DNA of 64,000 nucleotides from Yuukianura sp. NJ FZ-2021 (Eukaryota): NCBI GenBank assembly GCA_046563655.1, contig CM102286.1, positions 3,534,001 to 3,598,000 of the forward strand, read 5' to 3'. Shown piece by piece: positions 62,179 to 64,000 of this stretch (position 1 is its first letter; each line of letters starts with the position of its first letter). The notes under the pieces were generated by a model. It saw only the letters and a program-made list of their open reading frames with translations, ran no database searches and was not told where the DNA came from. The position numbers and the translations under genes were made by a program.

Positions 62179-63727
62179 TTATTGTGCTGCGCCAGTAAGT
62201 TCAAGAATTGCTGCGTAAGCATCAATGATTCCATGACCCATGTGGTTGTTTGGATACGATGCTTCTGAAACTCCGTCGCAGACTCTACCAGCAGTACCAT
62301 CAAATTGTCGGGCAGTATTTTCCAGTAGTTCAATTGCTTTTGCTTGTATAAGATTCCGGTCTTGATTTTTGAGTAGAGCGAGGACTCCGCTTGCATTTGG
62401 ACATGACATGCTAGTACCAGAAGCAGACATCATGGCAGTATCACTGGCAGCCGAAGCCGAGTAAATGCTGACTCCGGGAGCAGAAAATTCTGGTTTCAGA
62501 AGTCCATCAGGGCTAGCACCAAGGCTACTGAAACTAGCTAGGGCATGGTCGGAATCTGTTGCGCCTACGGCAGCAATGTACGGCTGATCGGCTGGAGATC
62601 TAATAGAACTGCACAGCATGCCATTATAGGCTTCATTTCCAGCAGAAAATGAAGAAACGATTCCAGCAGTATTCCAGGCATAGATGGCAGAGTTGAAAAC
62701 GTCATCATTCCCACCGAATCCCCAAGAATTGCTGACAACATGAGGAGCCTTGGAACAATCTGGATTGTTTCCCAAGTAATCAGTGGGGCAGAGCATGTAC
62801 TCCACACAAGCGATAAAACCAGCATCAGTTCCAGAACCATCATCTTGATAACCTTTGCAAGCTAGCCAAGTGGCGTCCGGAACAATACCAACTCCATCAG
62901 CACCAACTAGCGTTCCCATTGTGTGAGTACCTATTTAAAAAAAACAGGATTAAATGTTGTTAAAACTCTTGCCACAATGTAATCAATTTGAAAAGTACTT
63001 CAAAATGTCAATATTTTTTGTTATAGGTAAACCACTCACCGTGATTGTAGACGTCATGAGGGTCAGCCGAAAGACCTACAGGATCAAACCAGCCATGGTT
63101 GTCAAGGCCAACCCACTTGGGGCTCAGCAGAACATGAGTTCCACGGACACCAGTGTCAATGTTGCCAATGATAAGCCCTGCACCAGTATTTCCAGTGTTC
63201 CAAACTTCTGGCACGCGCATGTCCACCAATCCCCACTCAGGCGCTACATTAATTCTTTCTTCCAGTGACGTCTCTCGCAAAATGCCGTCAAAGACATTGC
63301 TGATATGAGTTGTCCTTTCTTCTCGAATTTCAGCAACGAAGTCTTGGGCAGCCAAAGCATCGATGATCTGCTTGTTGACGTTTTTCAAGAAAATCAAGTT
63401 GTTGATCCAGAAGGATTTGATTTGAACCTGAGGGAAATTGGCCTTGAGGTAGTCAAGCAGTGGCTTTTGGCTGGTTTCAGCATGGGCCCTTAGAACCTGC
63501 GCAACTGCGGTTGTTCTCTGCTCATGTGTAGTGATCGCTCGGAAGGATTTGGATGCTTCCAAGGCCCTGAGAATTGGAATAGTTGAGCCATGCTGGAGAC
63601 TAATCAAAACGTTGACGTGGTTCTTTGTTTCAAGGGAGTGCTTCAACGCGCTCTGAATTTTGTGGTGAGCTGGATGGGCGTGGACAGAGACTAGGACCAA
63701 CAGCAGCAACGCCAAAAACTTGGCCAT
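62179..63727 (-). CDS. Secreted S8 subtilase, bacillopeptidase-F-like (intron 62931-63039)
   Basis: Signal peptide, propeptide (IKSFWINN), catalytic IDTGV, HGTHTMGT (across the intron), FSAGN and SGTSMSCP. Confidence 0.92.
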
Positions 63728-63784
63728 TTTAAGCAATTTTTTTGAAGATGGAGCAACTACAAATTGTTTGGAGAGTTCAGCGGG

Positions 63785-63791
63785 TTATATA
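63785..63791 (-). promoter_or_regulatory. Candidate TATA box of the subtilase gene
   Basis: TATATAA on the minus strand about 60 bp upstream of the ATG. Confidence 0.35.
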
Positions 63792-64000
63792 GACACAACA
63801 TAATCCATCCCTGTCAATGATGGCGTTCGGTAATTCCTAGATTTGCTCATCAACTTAATTTTGGCGAAAAAAACATTGTGATAAATAAATTAAGTACGAA
63901 ATTAGGATTTGATTAAGCTTTCAAAACAGATTAAATTCGATAATTTTAATCAAAAACGAAATAAGTGGTATCCCATTAAGTTTTAGGAATTTTGCTTGTA

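Noticed and set aside
1..64000. tRNA, rRNA, snRNA genes and prokaryotic operon or defence systems
   Set aside because: None recognised by eye; the window is eukaryotic. A tRNAscan/Infernal run would be needed to exclude small RNAs.

Overview
AT-rich, intron-containing eukaryotic DNA from an arthropod, most plausibly a springtail (Collembola). That assignment is inferred from gene content (divergent IR/GR chemoreceptors, secreted intradiol dioxygenase, bacillopeptidase-like subtilase, signal-peptide SEC14 protein), not proven. About 20 host genes were reconstructed by hand-splicing: SEC14/CRAL-TRIO, an ionotropic receptor, an intradiol dioxygenase, a perivitellin-2-like MACPF, two SLC35G transporters, a secreted stand-alone C2 protein, two mARC/MOSC genes, a GR-like 7TM protein, Cad99C, a cationic 6-Cys secreted peptide, a secreted ricin-type lectin, endoplasmin (Gp93), SLC18B1, a CLASP apparently lacking TOG1, and an S8 subtilase. 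The first coding intron of Cad99C (6 kb) hosts an antisense RGS gene, a 5'-truncated CRE-type retrotransposon and an orphan Q/P-rich membrane-protein gene. Other mobile or repeated DNA includes a CACTA/EnSpm-type non-autonomous element, a hAT MITE and an 859-bp near-perfect inverted duplication of a coiled-coil ORF family. The most interesting signal is a set of secreted, membrane-attack-type modules (MACPF, free C2, R-type lectin, cationic Cys peptide), several of them not visible intact in the ORF track. Whether they act together is a hypothesis only.
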